Made by a program: the position numbers and the translations under genes. A DNA stretch of 27,645 nucleotides, taken from positions 1 to 27,645 of the IMG/VR virus record IMGVR_UViG_3300025403_000035, one strand, 5' to 3'. The notes below the pieces were generated by a model. That model was not told where the DNA came from. It did no database searches and was given only the letters and a program-made list of their open reading frames with translations. Each line of letters opens with the position of its first letter. Position 1 is the stretch's first letter. The stretch is from a virus. Taxonomy: Duplodnaviria > Caudoviricetes. This document shows positions 9,583 through 17,228 of this stretch, piece by piece.

Positions 9583-9972
9583 TTATCCTAAAAATATAAA
9601 AGCCAAGGCCACCACAATAACGGCCAAAATGAACTCAGCCAAAAGCACCAAACCGGCTGTCATAAAAGCATATTCAACTGGGCCTTCAGAGGTGTCTCGG
9701 CCCAAGTAGCCGCCTACACCAGCACCAATGAAAATCAAGATCAAGGCCACCTTGAGCATGATGATGATGTCACGGTCTGAATCATGCGGCTCTGGGTACA
9801 GCTTCTGTGCGCAATAGGCGTAGTAATGGATTTGCTCCAACGTAGCGCCTGCATGTTGGTAAGTAGGCACAAAGGCTATGCACTCAGCGCGGGATGCAGC
9901 CTCCGCTGCATGCTGTGCCGTAATGCTGGCCGAAGTAGCGGCCGAGATGGCCACTGCTGTTGCGACCCCCAT
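9583..9972 (-). CDS. Small membrane protein
   Basis: Start taken at MGVATA (9972), just after the previous stop. Two hydrophobic helices: IIIMLKVALILIFIGAGVGG and AFMTAGLVLLAEFILAVIVVALAFIFLG. Confidence 0.65.
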   Translation of the reverse strand: MGVATAVAISAATSASITAQHAAEAASRAECIAFVPTYQHAGATLEQIHYYAYCAQKLYPEPHDSDRDIIIMLKVALILIFIGAGVGGYLGRDTSEGPVEYAFMTAGLVLLAEFILAVIVVALAFIFLG

Positions 9973-9973
9973 C

Positions 9974-10207
9974 TCAAGCCCCCTTCTTCTTGGCCCACAT
10001 GGCTTTAATGCGATCAGATTGGGCTTTGCGGTTCTCAAGGCTCCAGCCCGTTTTCTTCTCGCCCTTGTCAAAAGACTCGATTTTGTTGTTCAACAACCGA
10101 ATGATTGTGGCCGCCTCTTCCATGGCCTTCTCTTGCACGTTGATTCGCGCCTTGAGCGAGATGATTTCCATCTTGATGTTTTCTTTTTGTGCATTAGAAA
10201 TAAACAT
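9974..10207 (-). CDS. Small coiled-coil protein with a basic C-terminal helix
   Basis: GGAG RBS; C-terminus WSLENRKAQSDRIKAMWAKKK. Confidence 0.7.
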   Translation of the reverse strand: MFISNAQKENIKMEIISLKARINVQEKAMEEAATIIRLLNNKIESFDKGEKKTGWSLENRKAQSDRIKAMWAKKKGA

Positions 10208-10216
10208 GATGTCTCC

Positions 10217-10861
10217 TTAGAACGGAATGTCGTCGACAAAGCCAGTTGTCATTGGCTCAGGCGGGGCTTCTGGGGGCGCTTCCTTGATGCCAAGGCGTTG
10301 CCACTCAGGCGAGGCTTCAATCTTCTTCTTGAGGTGTTCGCTGAACTTGGCAAACAAGTCCATGTCAGGATCCTCGAGATTAAAAATCTCGTTGGGGTTC
10401 ACGCCTTGGGGTAGACCAGCTTGTTTGATCATGGATGGAACTGGACTCACGCCGCTCACGTTCACATACATCTTTCCGTCTTGGCCAGCACGTTCGATCA
10501 CGTTCAACATGCACCACGCGCCAAGGACGTTTTTAAGGTCAAAGCGGCGCATTTCTTCATTAGAGAAGGGCTTACCCCGCCACGACTGCAAATCAAGCCT
10601 TAAATTGGCCTTATCGCTCCATGACAGCGTGTAGTTCTTAAAGATGGCAAACGGACGGCCGTCACGCATCTTGATCTCTTTTCCTGAGTCGTCTGTGCCG
10701 TGGATTTCCCAACCCAGCATGATCTTGTGCAGGAACTTGACTTGGCCCATGTACTCGGTTTTCTGAGTGCCAAGGTCAACGATGCGGTAGCACCGTGCGA
10801 GGTGCATGCCGGGAGGGGTGGACTCAAAAGAACCACCGCGGTCTTCAACAAAAAAGCTCAT
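10217..10861 (-). CDS. Phage single-stranded DNA-binding-like protein
   Basis: PPGMHLARCYRIVDLGTQ N-terminus, acidic DDIPF tail, and position in the same operon as the exonuclease. Start moved to MSFF (10861), which overlaps the upstream stop (ATGA). Confidence 0.7.
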   Translation of the reverse strand: MSFFVEDRGGSFESTPPGMHLARCYRIVDLGTQKTEYMGQVKFLHKIMLGWEIHGTDDSGKEIKMRDGRPFAIFKNYTLSWSDKANLRLDLQSWRGKPFSNEEMRRFDLKNVLGAWCMLNVIERAGQDGKMYVNVSGVSPVPSMIKQAGLPQGVNPNEIFNLEDPDMDLFAKFSEHLKKKIEASPEWQRLGIKEAPPEAPPEPMTTGFVDDIPF

Positions 10862-10959
10862 AATTTTCTCCATAGAAAAAGGTCAAGAAATAAAACGATG
10901 AACGCCGCTAAGTAAACGACGAACATCACACGTTCGTAGGGGGTGTAGTTACGCTTCAT
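10858..10959 (-). CDS. 33-aa single-pass membrane peptide (absent from the ORF track)
   Basis: Translates as MKRNYTPYERVMFVVYLAAFIVLFLDLFLWRKL and overlaps both neighbours. Confidence 0.65.
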   Translation of the reverse strand: MKRNYTPYERVMFVVYLAAFIVLFLDLFLWRKL

Positions 10960-11245
10960 AGGTGATCGCCAGCATGTTTGCCAGTTGGTCGTCAATCTTG
11001 CGCATCTTGGCCTCGTAGTCTTTTTCGAGGTCAGACTTCTTCTTCAAGATGTTGGTCACCATGTCGGCGGCAATGTCGCTCTTCTTGCGGAAGTCAACAT
11101 CAACGACAGACTCGCCGACCAAAAGATAGTCGGGGTTCCAGTCGCGTAAGTTGGTAAGGATCAGATCGCCGGGCTTGGCGTCTTCGAGGTTGTCGATGCC
11201 TACTGAAGCGTAGGTGGACAAGAAAATGTAAACTGGCAACTTCAT
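10949..11245 (-). CDS. Hypothetical protein, first gene of the leftward operon
   Basis: 98 aa, AGGAG RBS, coiled-coil C-terminus ending LAITYEA. Confidence 0.75.
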   Translation of the reverse strand: MKLPVYIFLSTYASVGIDNLEDAKPGDLILTNLRDWNPDYLLVGESVVDVDFRKKSDIAADMVTNILKKKSDLEKDYEAKMRKIDDQLANMLAITYEA

Positions 11246-11303
11246 GATTCACTCCTAAATGCAGAACTCTCTGCGCTAAACCGTTCGAATTGAACGTGAT
11301 GAA

Positions 11304-11334
11304 ATTCTAACATCAAATTAAAGCAAGTTGTAAA
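11304..11334 (-). promoter_or_regulatory. Leftward promoter containing the shared operator-like motif
   Basis: The minus strand reads TTTACA...TTTAATTTGATGTTAGAAT, with -10 TAGAAT and a 19-nt spacer. Confidence 0.55.
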
Positions 11335-11415
11335 CACTTCTTGCAAATTATTTTTTCTTGATGTTGTTTTCTTGTAACGTGAAGTTTGTGTAGAATCGGG
11401 CTTTGGGAGTTTGTT

Positions 11416-11616
11416 ATGACATTAAAAGAATACTTTGACAGCGATGTCCGGGGGGCGAAGTCAGAGATGGCTGAGTACCTTGGGATCACAACAACGTGGC
11501 TGGCGCTCTTGATTGCGATGCGCCGTCAAGCCTCACCAGCGTTAGCACGAAAAATTGAAGCCGCTACAAGCGGACTGGTAACAAAAGAAGAATTGCGCCC
11601 CGACCTCTGGGGTTAA
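11416..11616 (+). CDS. Cro/YdaS-like HTH regulator
   Basis: SEMAEYLGITTTWLALL helix-turn-helix and KIEAATSGLVTKEELRPD C-terminus; GGGAG RBS before ATG 11416; TAGAAT at 11391. Confidence 0.85.
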   Translation: MTLKEYFDSDVRGAKSEMAEYLGITTTWLALLIAMRRQASPALARKIEAATSGLVTKEELRPDLWG

Positions 11617-11652
11617 ATAGTGGCCCGCTTTTGGGTGTTTTAGGAGATCAAA

Positions 11653-12426
11653 ATGGAAAGATTGAAACTTAGTGAAATTCGTATTGACGGTGGAACACAG
11701 ATGCGTGCCTCCATCAATATGGACTTGGTGAAGGAATACGCTGAAGCGTTCCGTGGGGGCGCACAGTTTGTTCCATGCGTTGTGTTCTTTGATGGCGTAA
11801 ATTACTGGCTGGCTGACGGGTTCCACCGCTACCATGCAACCGAGGCCGCCAAGATCATGACGCTTGACTGCGAAGTAAGATTTGGCTCTGTCCGAGAAGC
11901 AATTTTGTATGCGCTCAAGGCCAATCAAAATCATGGATTGCGTCGCACCAACGAAGACAAGCGCATATGCGTTCAGACTATGTTGAATGACGCTGAATGG
12001 TGTTTGTTGAGCAACATCAAAATTGCGATAGCTTGCGAAGTCTCTGACACGTTTGTGGCCGCCATCCGCAATCCTGAAGTCAAGGCCAAGCAAGCCAAGA
12101 ATATGCAAAAGCATATCGAAAAGAAGGCCAAGGCCCCAGTTAAACTGGACTCAACTGAAACTGACGATCCAGTTAAACTGGACGATTTCGGCCCCTCAGA
12201 CGAAGAGATTCGTGCTTCTGAACGTGCGCACAATGAATTCTTGGAGTTCATGCAAGAAGCCTTCGAGGCTGATGACGTGTTGGAAGAGACCGCTAAACTT
12301 CTGAAGCAATCCCTGCTTGAGATTCACCACCTCAAGATCACAAACAATGGTTTGGTTAACACCAACACCGAACTGACCAAGATGGTCAAATCCCTCCAAC
12401 GACAACTCGACAAAGTTAAAAAATGA
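11653..12426 (+). CDS. ParB/Srx N-terminal domain protein with HTH and coiled coil
   Basis: YWLADGFHRYHA (GxxR motif), ANQNHGLRRT, HTH-like SNIKIAIACEVSDTFV, and a C-terminal coiled coil. Confidence 0.8.
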   Translation: MERLKLSEIRIDGGTQMRASINMDLVKEYAEAFRGGAQFVPCVVFFDGVNYWLADGFHRYHATEAAKIMTLDCEVRFGSVREAILYALKANQNHGLRRTNEDKRICVQTMLNDAEWCLLSNIKIAIACEVSDTFVAAIRNPEVKAKQAKNMQKHIEKKAKAPVKLDSTETDDPVKLDDFGPSDEEIRASERAHNEFLEFMQEAFEADDVLEETAKLLKQSLLEIHHLKITNNGLVNTNTELTKMVKSLQRQLDKVKK

Positions 12427-14003
12427 CCAACGTCCTAGCACCAAGTGGGTGTGATGATGGAACTACATTCCCTGAACCACGCCCGTTCCAATCTGCCGCC
12501 CATCAAGCCCTTCGCCAAGGGTTCCGTGATGGCCACAAGAACCAGTTGATCATGGCCCCCACCGGGGCTGGAAAGACTTACCTCGGCTTGCGTATCTGCA
12601 ACGAGGCCATGCAAAAAGGCAAACGTGCTGTGTTTTTGTGTGACCGCACCACGCTGATCAACCAGACATCAGCCGCTGCCGACAACTATGGGCTGACCGA
12701 ACACGGCGTGATTCAAGCGGATCATTGGAGGCGCCAGCCTCACCAGTTGCTCCAGATCGCCTCAGCACAGACCATCGCCAAGCGTGAGTACTGGCCACAG
12801 TTGGATGTGCTGGTGGTTGACGAGGCTCACACTCAGTTGAAGGTCTGGACTGAGTACGCCATGTCAACTGGGGCGGCTGTGATCGGTCTGTCTGCAACGC
12901 CGTTCTCGCCGGGTCTGGGAAAGATATTCTCAAACCTGATTAACGCCACCACAATGAACGAACTGACAAAGTCAGGGGTGTTGGTGCCCATGCGTGTTTT
13001 CTCTTGCACAAAGCCCGATATGACCGGCGCTAAGACCGCTGGCGGTGAGTGGACTGACGTTGCGGCTGCCGAGCGTGGCATGGAGATCGTCGGGGATGTG
13101 GTTTCGGAGTGGATTCGCTATTCTGAGCGCCGCAAGACGATTGTGTTTGGTGCGACGATTGCTCACTGCAAACAACTGGCCTCTGAGTTCACCCGCCACG
13201 GCATCATGGCCGCGGTGTTTACTTCGGAGACAACTGCCGCCGAACGTGAACTACTGTTGAAAGAGTACAGGAAGCCCAACAGCATGCTGAAGGTCTTGAT
13301 CAGTGTCGAGGCCTTGGCAAAAGGTTTTGACGTGCCTGACGTCGGTTGTGTATGTGATGCAAGGCCTTTGCGTAAGTCGTTGTCGACGGCCATTCAGATG
13401 TGGGGTCGTGGACTTCGTTCATCGCCTGAGACTGGTAAGACCGACTGCATCTTGCTGGACTTCTCGGGCAACATCATCCGGTTTGCCGAGGACTACACCG
13501 AGATCTTTTTCAATGGTCTGGCCCAGTTGGATTCTGGTGAGAAGCTGGACAAGAAGATCCGTAAGGATGATGACTACGAACTGAAGGGTTGCCCGCGGTG
13601 TGGGTACAAGCCGTTTACGAAGCGCTGCATGGCGTGTGGTTTTGAGAAGAAGCCGCAAGCATTGATCGAACAACGTCCGGGGGAGATGAAAGAGATCTTC
13701 ATTGGCGAAGGCAAGAATCGAAAGAAACTTGCAGACGATGCGAGGCATCTTTGGCATCAGTTATGCAGTTATGCGCGGATGCACAGCGCTCCTGAGAAGC
13801 AGTCTGGTCGTGCTTGGCACTTGTATAAAGATATTACGGGGCAAGAAACGACGTGGCAGTTCAGTACGGCTCCGCAAGTTGAAATTACACCGGCCGTTAA
13901 AAACAAGATCACGCAGATGAACATGAAGTGGAAGAAGGGAAACCAGAAAAAAAGTGATGTAAACGTGTTCCTCGAAATGTTGAAAGAGCGAGGTGACAAA
14001 TGA
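12423..14003 (+). CDS. SF2 (DExH) DNA helicase with C-terminal zinc ribbon
   Basis: Motifs APTGAGKT, VVDEAH, GLSATP, GFDVPDV, QMWGRGLR and CPRC..CMAC. Confidence 0.93.
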   Translation: MTNVLAPSGCDDGTTFPEPRPFQSAAHQALRQGFRDGHKNQLIMAPTGAGKTYLGLRICNEAMQKGKRAVFLCDRTTLINQTSAAADNYGLTEHGVIQADHWRRQPHQLLQIASAQTIAKREYWPQLDVLVVDEAHTQLKVWTEYAMSTGAAVIGLSATPFSPGLGKIFSNLINATTMNELTKSGVLVPMRVFSCTKPDMTGAKTAGGEWTDVAAAERGMEIVGDVVSEWIRYSERRKTIVFGATIAHCKQLASEFTRHGIMAAVFTSETTAAERELLLKEYRKPNSMLKVLISVEALAKGFDVPDVGCVCDARPLRKSLSTAIQMWGRGLRSSPETGKTDCILLDFSGNIIRFAEDYTEIFFNGLAQLDSGEKLDKKIRKDDDYELKGCPRCGYKPFTKRCMACGFEKKPQALIEQRPGEMKEIFIGEGKNRKKLADDARHLWHQLCSYARMHSAPEKQSGRAWHLYKDITGQETTWQFSTAPQVEITPAVKNKITQMNMKWKKGNQKKSDVNVFLEMLKERGDK

Positions 14004-14842
14004 GTTTCATTGACTTTGCCCGTGCCCATGGGGTGGAGATCAACCCCGACCGGTTGTTTGCGTCCGAGCGCATTCGCCGGTGCGGGACGGTTGACAAACC
14101 CCGGTCGACCAACGGTGCTTACTTTTGGGATGGCCAGCGTGGTTGGGTTTTTAACTGGTCTGAAGGTGCTCGAGTTGAGTGGTATCAAGACCCCAACGCG
14201 AAGCCATGGACAGACGCCGATAAAGACGCTTGGAAGCGCCAAAGGCAGCACGAGGCACAGAGGCGTCAGTCTGAGCAACAAAAGGCCGTAGAACGCGCTA
14301 TGGAGTTGCTTAAACACGCCGATCGCCGTTCCCATTCATACCTCGAGATGAAGGGCTTGCCGGACGAAATGGGACTTGTCCTAGAAGACCGGTTAATGGT
14401 TCCGATGCGCAACGTCATCACGAATGATTTGCAAGGCGTCCAGACGATCTGGTGGGATGACCATGAGCGCAAGTACCACAAGAAAATGATCTTTGGTATG
14501 CGGGCGAAAGATGCAGTTATGTGGATGGGGCCGCGGAACCAAGGGGCATGGCTTGTAGAGGGCTATGCAACGGGTTTGTCGCTCTTGAAAGCTTTAAGAT
14601 CGATTGGCCACCAAGATGCGGTTGTTGTTTGTTTTTCTGCGAACAACATGAAGTCGGTTGCTGAGAAGCTGCAAGGCTCTGTCAAAATTTTTGCTGACAA
14701 CGACGAGTCGGGCGTGGGTGAGGCAACTGCTAAGGAGACTGGCAAGCCTTACGTCATGGCCGATGAGAAGGGTTGGGATGCGAACGATTTGCATAAAAAC
14801 AACGGGCTGTTTGCTGTAGTGGCCAAAATAATGGAGATATAA
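14000..14842 (+). CDS. TOPRIM-domain DNA primase
   Basis: Motifs LVEGYATG, IFADNDESGVG and WDANDL; translationally coupled to the helicase. Confidence 0.88.
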   Translation: MSFIDFARAHGVEINPDRLFASERIRRCGTVDKPRSTNGAYFWDGQRGWVFNWSEGARVEWYQDPNAKPWTDADKDAWKRQRQHEAQRRQSEQQKAVERAMELLKHADRRSHSYLEMKGLPDEMGLVLEDRLMVPMRNVITNDLQGVQTIWWDDHERKYHKKMIFGMRAKDAVMWMGPRNQGAWLVEGYATGLSLLKALRSIGHQDAVVVCFSANNMKSVAEKLQGSVKIFADNDESGVGEATAKETGKPYVMADEKGWDANDLHKNNGLFAVVAKIMEI

Positions 14843-14848
14843 TTTTTT

Positions 14849-14934
14849 TGTTGGTGGTGCATCGGGTTAGCGCCGGTGGAGTCAATTCATCTTCTATTCC
14901 CCTAGGTAACACTGCTTTATGTGAGCCACCAACA
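14849..14934 (+). ncRNA. Structured small RNA candidate 1
   Basis: 9-bp closing stem TGTTGGTGG/CCACCAACA and an internal hairpin CATCGG-gttagcg-CCGGTG. Confidence 0.55.
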
Positions 14935-14998
14935 CCAACACGCATTAGGATTGACGCTTATATGGGTTCATCCATGATTAGTCCTAAGTCGTGTTGGT
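14934..14998 (+). ncRNA. Structured small RNA candidate 2 (long hairpin)
   Basis: ACCAACACG/CGTGTTGGT plus TTAGGATTGA/TTAGTCCTAA (with G-U pairs, favouring the + strand) and an apical ATGG/CCAT hairpin. Confidence 0.55.
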
Positions 14999-15003
14999 AA
15001 TGG

Positions 15004-15073
15004 GTTGGGGGCGAGTAAGCGAAAGCTGAAAGGGTCGCCGTGTGCAGATACACCCTGCGATGCACACACCAAC
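15004..15073 (+). ncRNA. Structured small RNA candidate 3 (three-way junction)
   Basis: GTTGG/CCAAC closing stem; GGCGA/TCGCC arm capped by AGC-GAAA-GCT; GTGTGCA/TGCACAC arm. Confidence 0.55.
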
Positions 15074-15081
15074 AATATTTT

Positions 15082-15230
15082 CGGGTTGAAGCGTGATGTG
15101 GTGGCACGATTGCACATTGGGTGCAAAACTTCTTCTGTGGCTACTTGCTTGAACGGCAACTTCTAGAGTGCGTAATAAACAGCAGGGTGTGTTAGAAGTC
15201 TATCTGGTTCGACTCCAGACGACCCGACCA
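15082..15230 (+). ncRNA. tRNA-like RNA (Pro-like acceptor) with a 76-nt extra arm
   Basis: Acceptor CGGGTTG/CGACCCG + A + CCA; T-arm TCTGG-TTCGACT-CCAGA; D-like CGTG/CACG; anticodon-like TTGCA-CATTGGG-TGCAA. Confidence 0.7.
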
Positions 15231-15233
15231 ATT

Positions 15234-15312
15234 TAGGGGGAAAGCGGATGCTGGTTACTTGTTCTAGACAGGGCACATAAAGAGACACTAGACGCAGCGA
15301 GTACCCCACCTA
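15234..15312 (+). ncRNA. Structured small RNA candidate 5
   Basis: TAGGGGG...CCCCACCTA closing stem, GAA opposite AGTA (loop-E/bulged-G-like), TGC/GCA, and an inner CTTGT/ACAGG hairpin. Confidence 0.5.
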
Positions 15313-15322
15313 AAAAAAGTTG

Positions 15323-15349
15323 TTGACAACAGTTTTATCTGTGTATAAT
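15323..15349 (+). promoter_or_regulatory. Sigma70-like promoter
   Basis: TTGACA (15323) and TATAAT (15344) with an upstream A-tract; the spacer is only 15 nt. Confidence 0.6.
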
Positions 15350-15358
15350 CCAAACCAT

Positions 15359-15502
15359 CAACGGATTGGTAACCCGTTGTAGTTCGTAGAAACGCAACCG
15401 CAAACCCATTGGTGAGCGGGCTTCGTCAAAGCTGGGATGTCCTGTCTACGCAGGCTCTTATGCGGCAACCAAGCCTAAAGCTCGTTCACCAATGGGTTTT
15501 TT
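15359..15502 (+). ncRNA. Leader RNA: short hairpin plus 22-bp hairpin ending in a U-tract
   Basis: CAACGG/CCGTTG hairpin; 15402-15423 pairs with 15478-15499 (two G-U pairs) and is followed by TTT. Confidence 0.55.
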
Positions 15503-15516
15503 GCTTTGTGGCCTTA

Positions 15517-15710
15517 CCCGCTGAATCGGACGCGCACTGGCGGTAGCGATTCAGGGACACCCCCACTACGGGAAAGATGCTGAGACAGGGGTATGGGTGG
15601 CGAAGTTAGCGCCCTAGCATCGAACGGCTGACGGGTCAGATACTCCGACGAGCAGAATCTGTTAAGGCTTATCCCTCGCAGGAGGGCTGGGCCTGTCCAC
15701 CTCGGAGCAG
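15517..15710 (+). ncRNA. Multi-stem, possibly pseudoknotted RNA candidate
   Basis: Pairings CTGAATCG/CGATTCAG, GATGCT/AGCATC, GGTGG/CCACC, GGCG/CGCC, CAGAT/ATCTG, AGGCTT/GGGCCT, CCCTC/GAGGG and CTCCGA/TCGGAG. Confidence 0.5.
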
Positions 15711-15846
15711 CAAAGTACCCAGTAAGTGAAGAATAAGAAAAAAATAAGGGATTAGTAAGTAAACAATAATCAATCAAAGACTCGTGGTGCGTCACGAATT
15801 TGCTGTAATCTGTTGTTACAATCTTTGAGCAACAACAGGAGTGGTT

Positions 15847-16464
15847 ATGGACAAGCTGGATGAGGTTGGTTACTTTGCGTCTTCGGTTTACTTGGTTAAG
15901 AAGCCAGAGTACCTAGACATCGTCAAGGCGTCTGCCTACAAGAACTTTGTCGATGGCCCGCGCAACGCCATACACGACATTCAGATGGGCGCAAACATGT
16001 CCCTTGACCCCGAGGTACAGCCATTTGCGCAATACGTCTCCCAGACCGCTTGGAACGTCTTAAATTCGCAGGGCTACAACATGACGCCCTTGGTGACGTT
16101 CTTCACGGAGATGTGGATGCAACGGCACAACCAGAATTCTGGGATGGAGCAACACCTTCACTCGCAGACTCAAGTCACGGCGTTTTACTTTTTAACTGTG
16201 CCCGAAGGTGGATGCACGATGACGCTTCATGATCCCCGCCATGCGAAGGTGTATGCAAGCATCGGAGAAAGTGATCCATCGAAATACACGGCTGCGTCGA
16301 ACTCGGTGGTGTTTACGTTCTCACCCGGCGACTTAGTGCTCACGAATTCTTGGCTGCCGCACAGCTTCTCTCGCAACCAGTCTGAACAACCAACCGAGTT
16401 CATTCACATGAATCTTGGCGTGATGCAAAACCCCAACCCACCACCACAAGCTGAGGTGATCTGA
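15847..16464 (+). CDS. 2OG-Fe(II) oxygenase (TIGR02466-like)
   Basis: HLH, AFYFL, HDPR and PGDLVLTNSWLPH motifs; AGGAG RBS before ATG 15847. Confidence 0.85.
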   Translation: MDKLDEVGYFASSVYLVKKPEYLDIVKASAYKNFVDGPRNAIHDIQMGANMSLDPEVQPFAQYVSQTAWNVLNSQGYNMTPLVTFFTEMWMQRHNQNSGMEQHLHSQTQVTAFYFLTVPEGGCTMTLHDPRHAKVYASIGESDPSKYTAASNSVVFTFSPGDLVLTNSWLPHSFSRNQSEQPTEFIHMNLGVMQNPNPPPQAEVI

Positions 16465-16700
16465 TGGCACACATTCAAATCAGGTTCAACAAGTCTCGAG
16501 GTCAACCGGGCAGGGGTACTCCAGATCACGCTTGGCGTGTGTTCGTTGATAAAAAAGAATACCTGTGCAAAGAAGTGACCATCATGGTTGTCTGCCACTC
16601 AGAGCGTGATGGTGACGACTGGAACATCGCCTGTGAGGGCACGATAGACATCGACCGAGAAAAATCTTTAATCACGGTCATCCCTTACGCTTTAACTTGA
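16464..16700 (+). CDS. Hypothetical protein coupled to the oxygenase
   Basis: TGATG overlap; 78 aa, beta-rich. Confidence 0.75.
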   Translation: MAHIQIRFNKSRGQPGRGTPDHAWRVFVDKKEYLCKEVTIMVVCHSERDGDDWNIACEGTIDIDREKSLITVIPYALT

Positions 16701-16709
16701 TGTTACAAT
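16691..16709 (+). promoter_or_regulatory. Operator/promoter motif TTTAACTTGATGTTACAAT
   Basis: TAAC-N5-GTTA dyad fused to a -10 element; related copies at 11304, 15804, 18822 and 23364. Confidence 0.6.
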
Positions 16710-16743
16710 CTCTATGCCCACCATAGGGTATTTAGGAGATTGA

Positions 16744-17037
16744 ATGAGCGAATCAGAAGAGATGGATTATTTGGTGATGGGGCGGCGCAAGGCTGCCTTT
16801 GTTGCCGCTGGATGCCCGCCAGAAGAGGCCACAGAGTTGGCCTATCACATGATGGTGCGTGACCGTGAAAACCGCGGATCGACTAATCCATTGGATGACC
16901 GCCGTGTGTGCTTTGAATGCAAGGGCTTGAGTGGACGTGATTGCCTATTCGTGAAGGACAAGAAGGGCAAGCCGATTCCACCGCTGAGATTCCATCTACA
17001 GCGTTGCCCACAGTTTGAATTGAAGGGGAAGAAATGA
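16744..17037 (+). CDS. Hypothetical protein with a 4-Cys zinc-binding-like motif
   Basis: DDRRVCFEC...C...QRC; AGGAG RBS. Confidence 0.75.
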   Translation: MSESEEMDYLVMGRRKAAFVAAGCPPEEATELAYHMMVRDRENRGSTNPLDDRRVCFECKGLSGRDCLFVKDKKGKPIPPLRFHLQRCPQFELKGKK

Positions 17038-17228
17038 ATCAATACGTTGGCCAAACAAAGACGCCGCTGGCGAAAGAATGGCGTTTAGTTGCTAAGGGGG
17101 ACAACCCCATGGAAGTCGCCAAGAAAACAACTGCTTTGGCGGCTAAGGGCGAAACAATGGCTCGTGTGATGCGTGTGTCATGCGAACGCTGGGACACGGT
17201 AGAAGTTGTTAAGGAGATGAAAGTATGA
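17034..17228 (+). CDS. Hypothetical protein
   Basis: ATGA overlaps at both ends. Confidence 0.65.
   Translation: MNQYVGQTKTPLAKEWRLVAKGDNPMEVAKKTTALAAKGETMARVMRVSCERWDTVEVVKEMKV

Noticed and set aside
11246-11415. CI repressor or lysogeny module
   Set aside because: No HTH/S24 gene or integrase is present on either side within the window.
12136-12183. Canonical chromosomal parS
   Set aside because: The sequence does not resemble TGTTTCACGTGAAACA; it is retained only as a novel parS-like candidate.
15004-15073. Hammerhead ribozyme or c-di-GMP-I riboswitch
   Set aside because: CTGAAAG does not fit the CUGAnGA core with the required stems, and the c-di-GMP-I consensus is not recognisable.
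15082-15230. Functional tRNA-Gln/Pro, tmRNA or intron-containing tRNA
   Set aside because: It lacks U8 and U33, has no G3-U70 pair and is far too short for tmRNA. The insert is too small for a group I intron and is not in the anticodon loop.
14849-15312. CRISPR or other repeat-spacer array
   Set aside because: There are no direct repeats of constant length or spacing, the units differ in sequence, and no cas operon is present.
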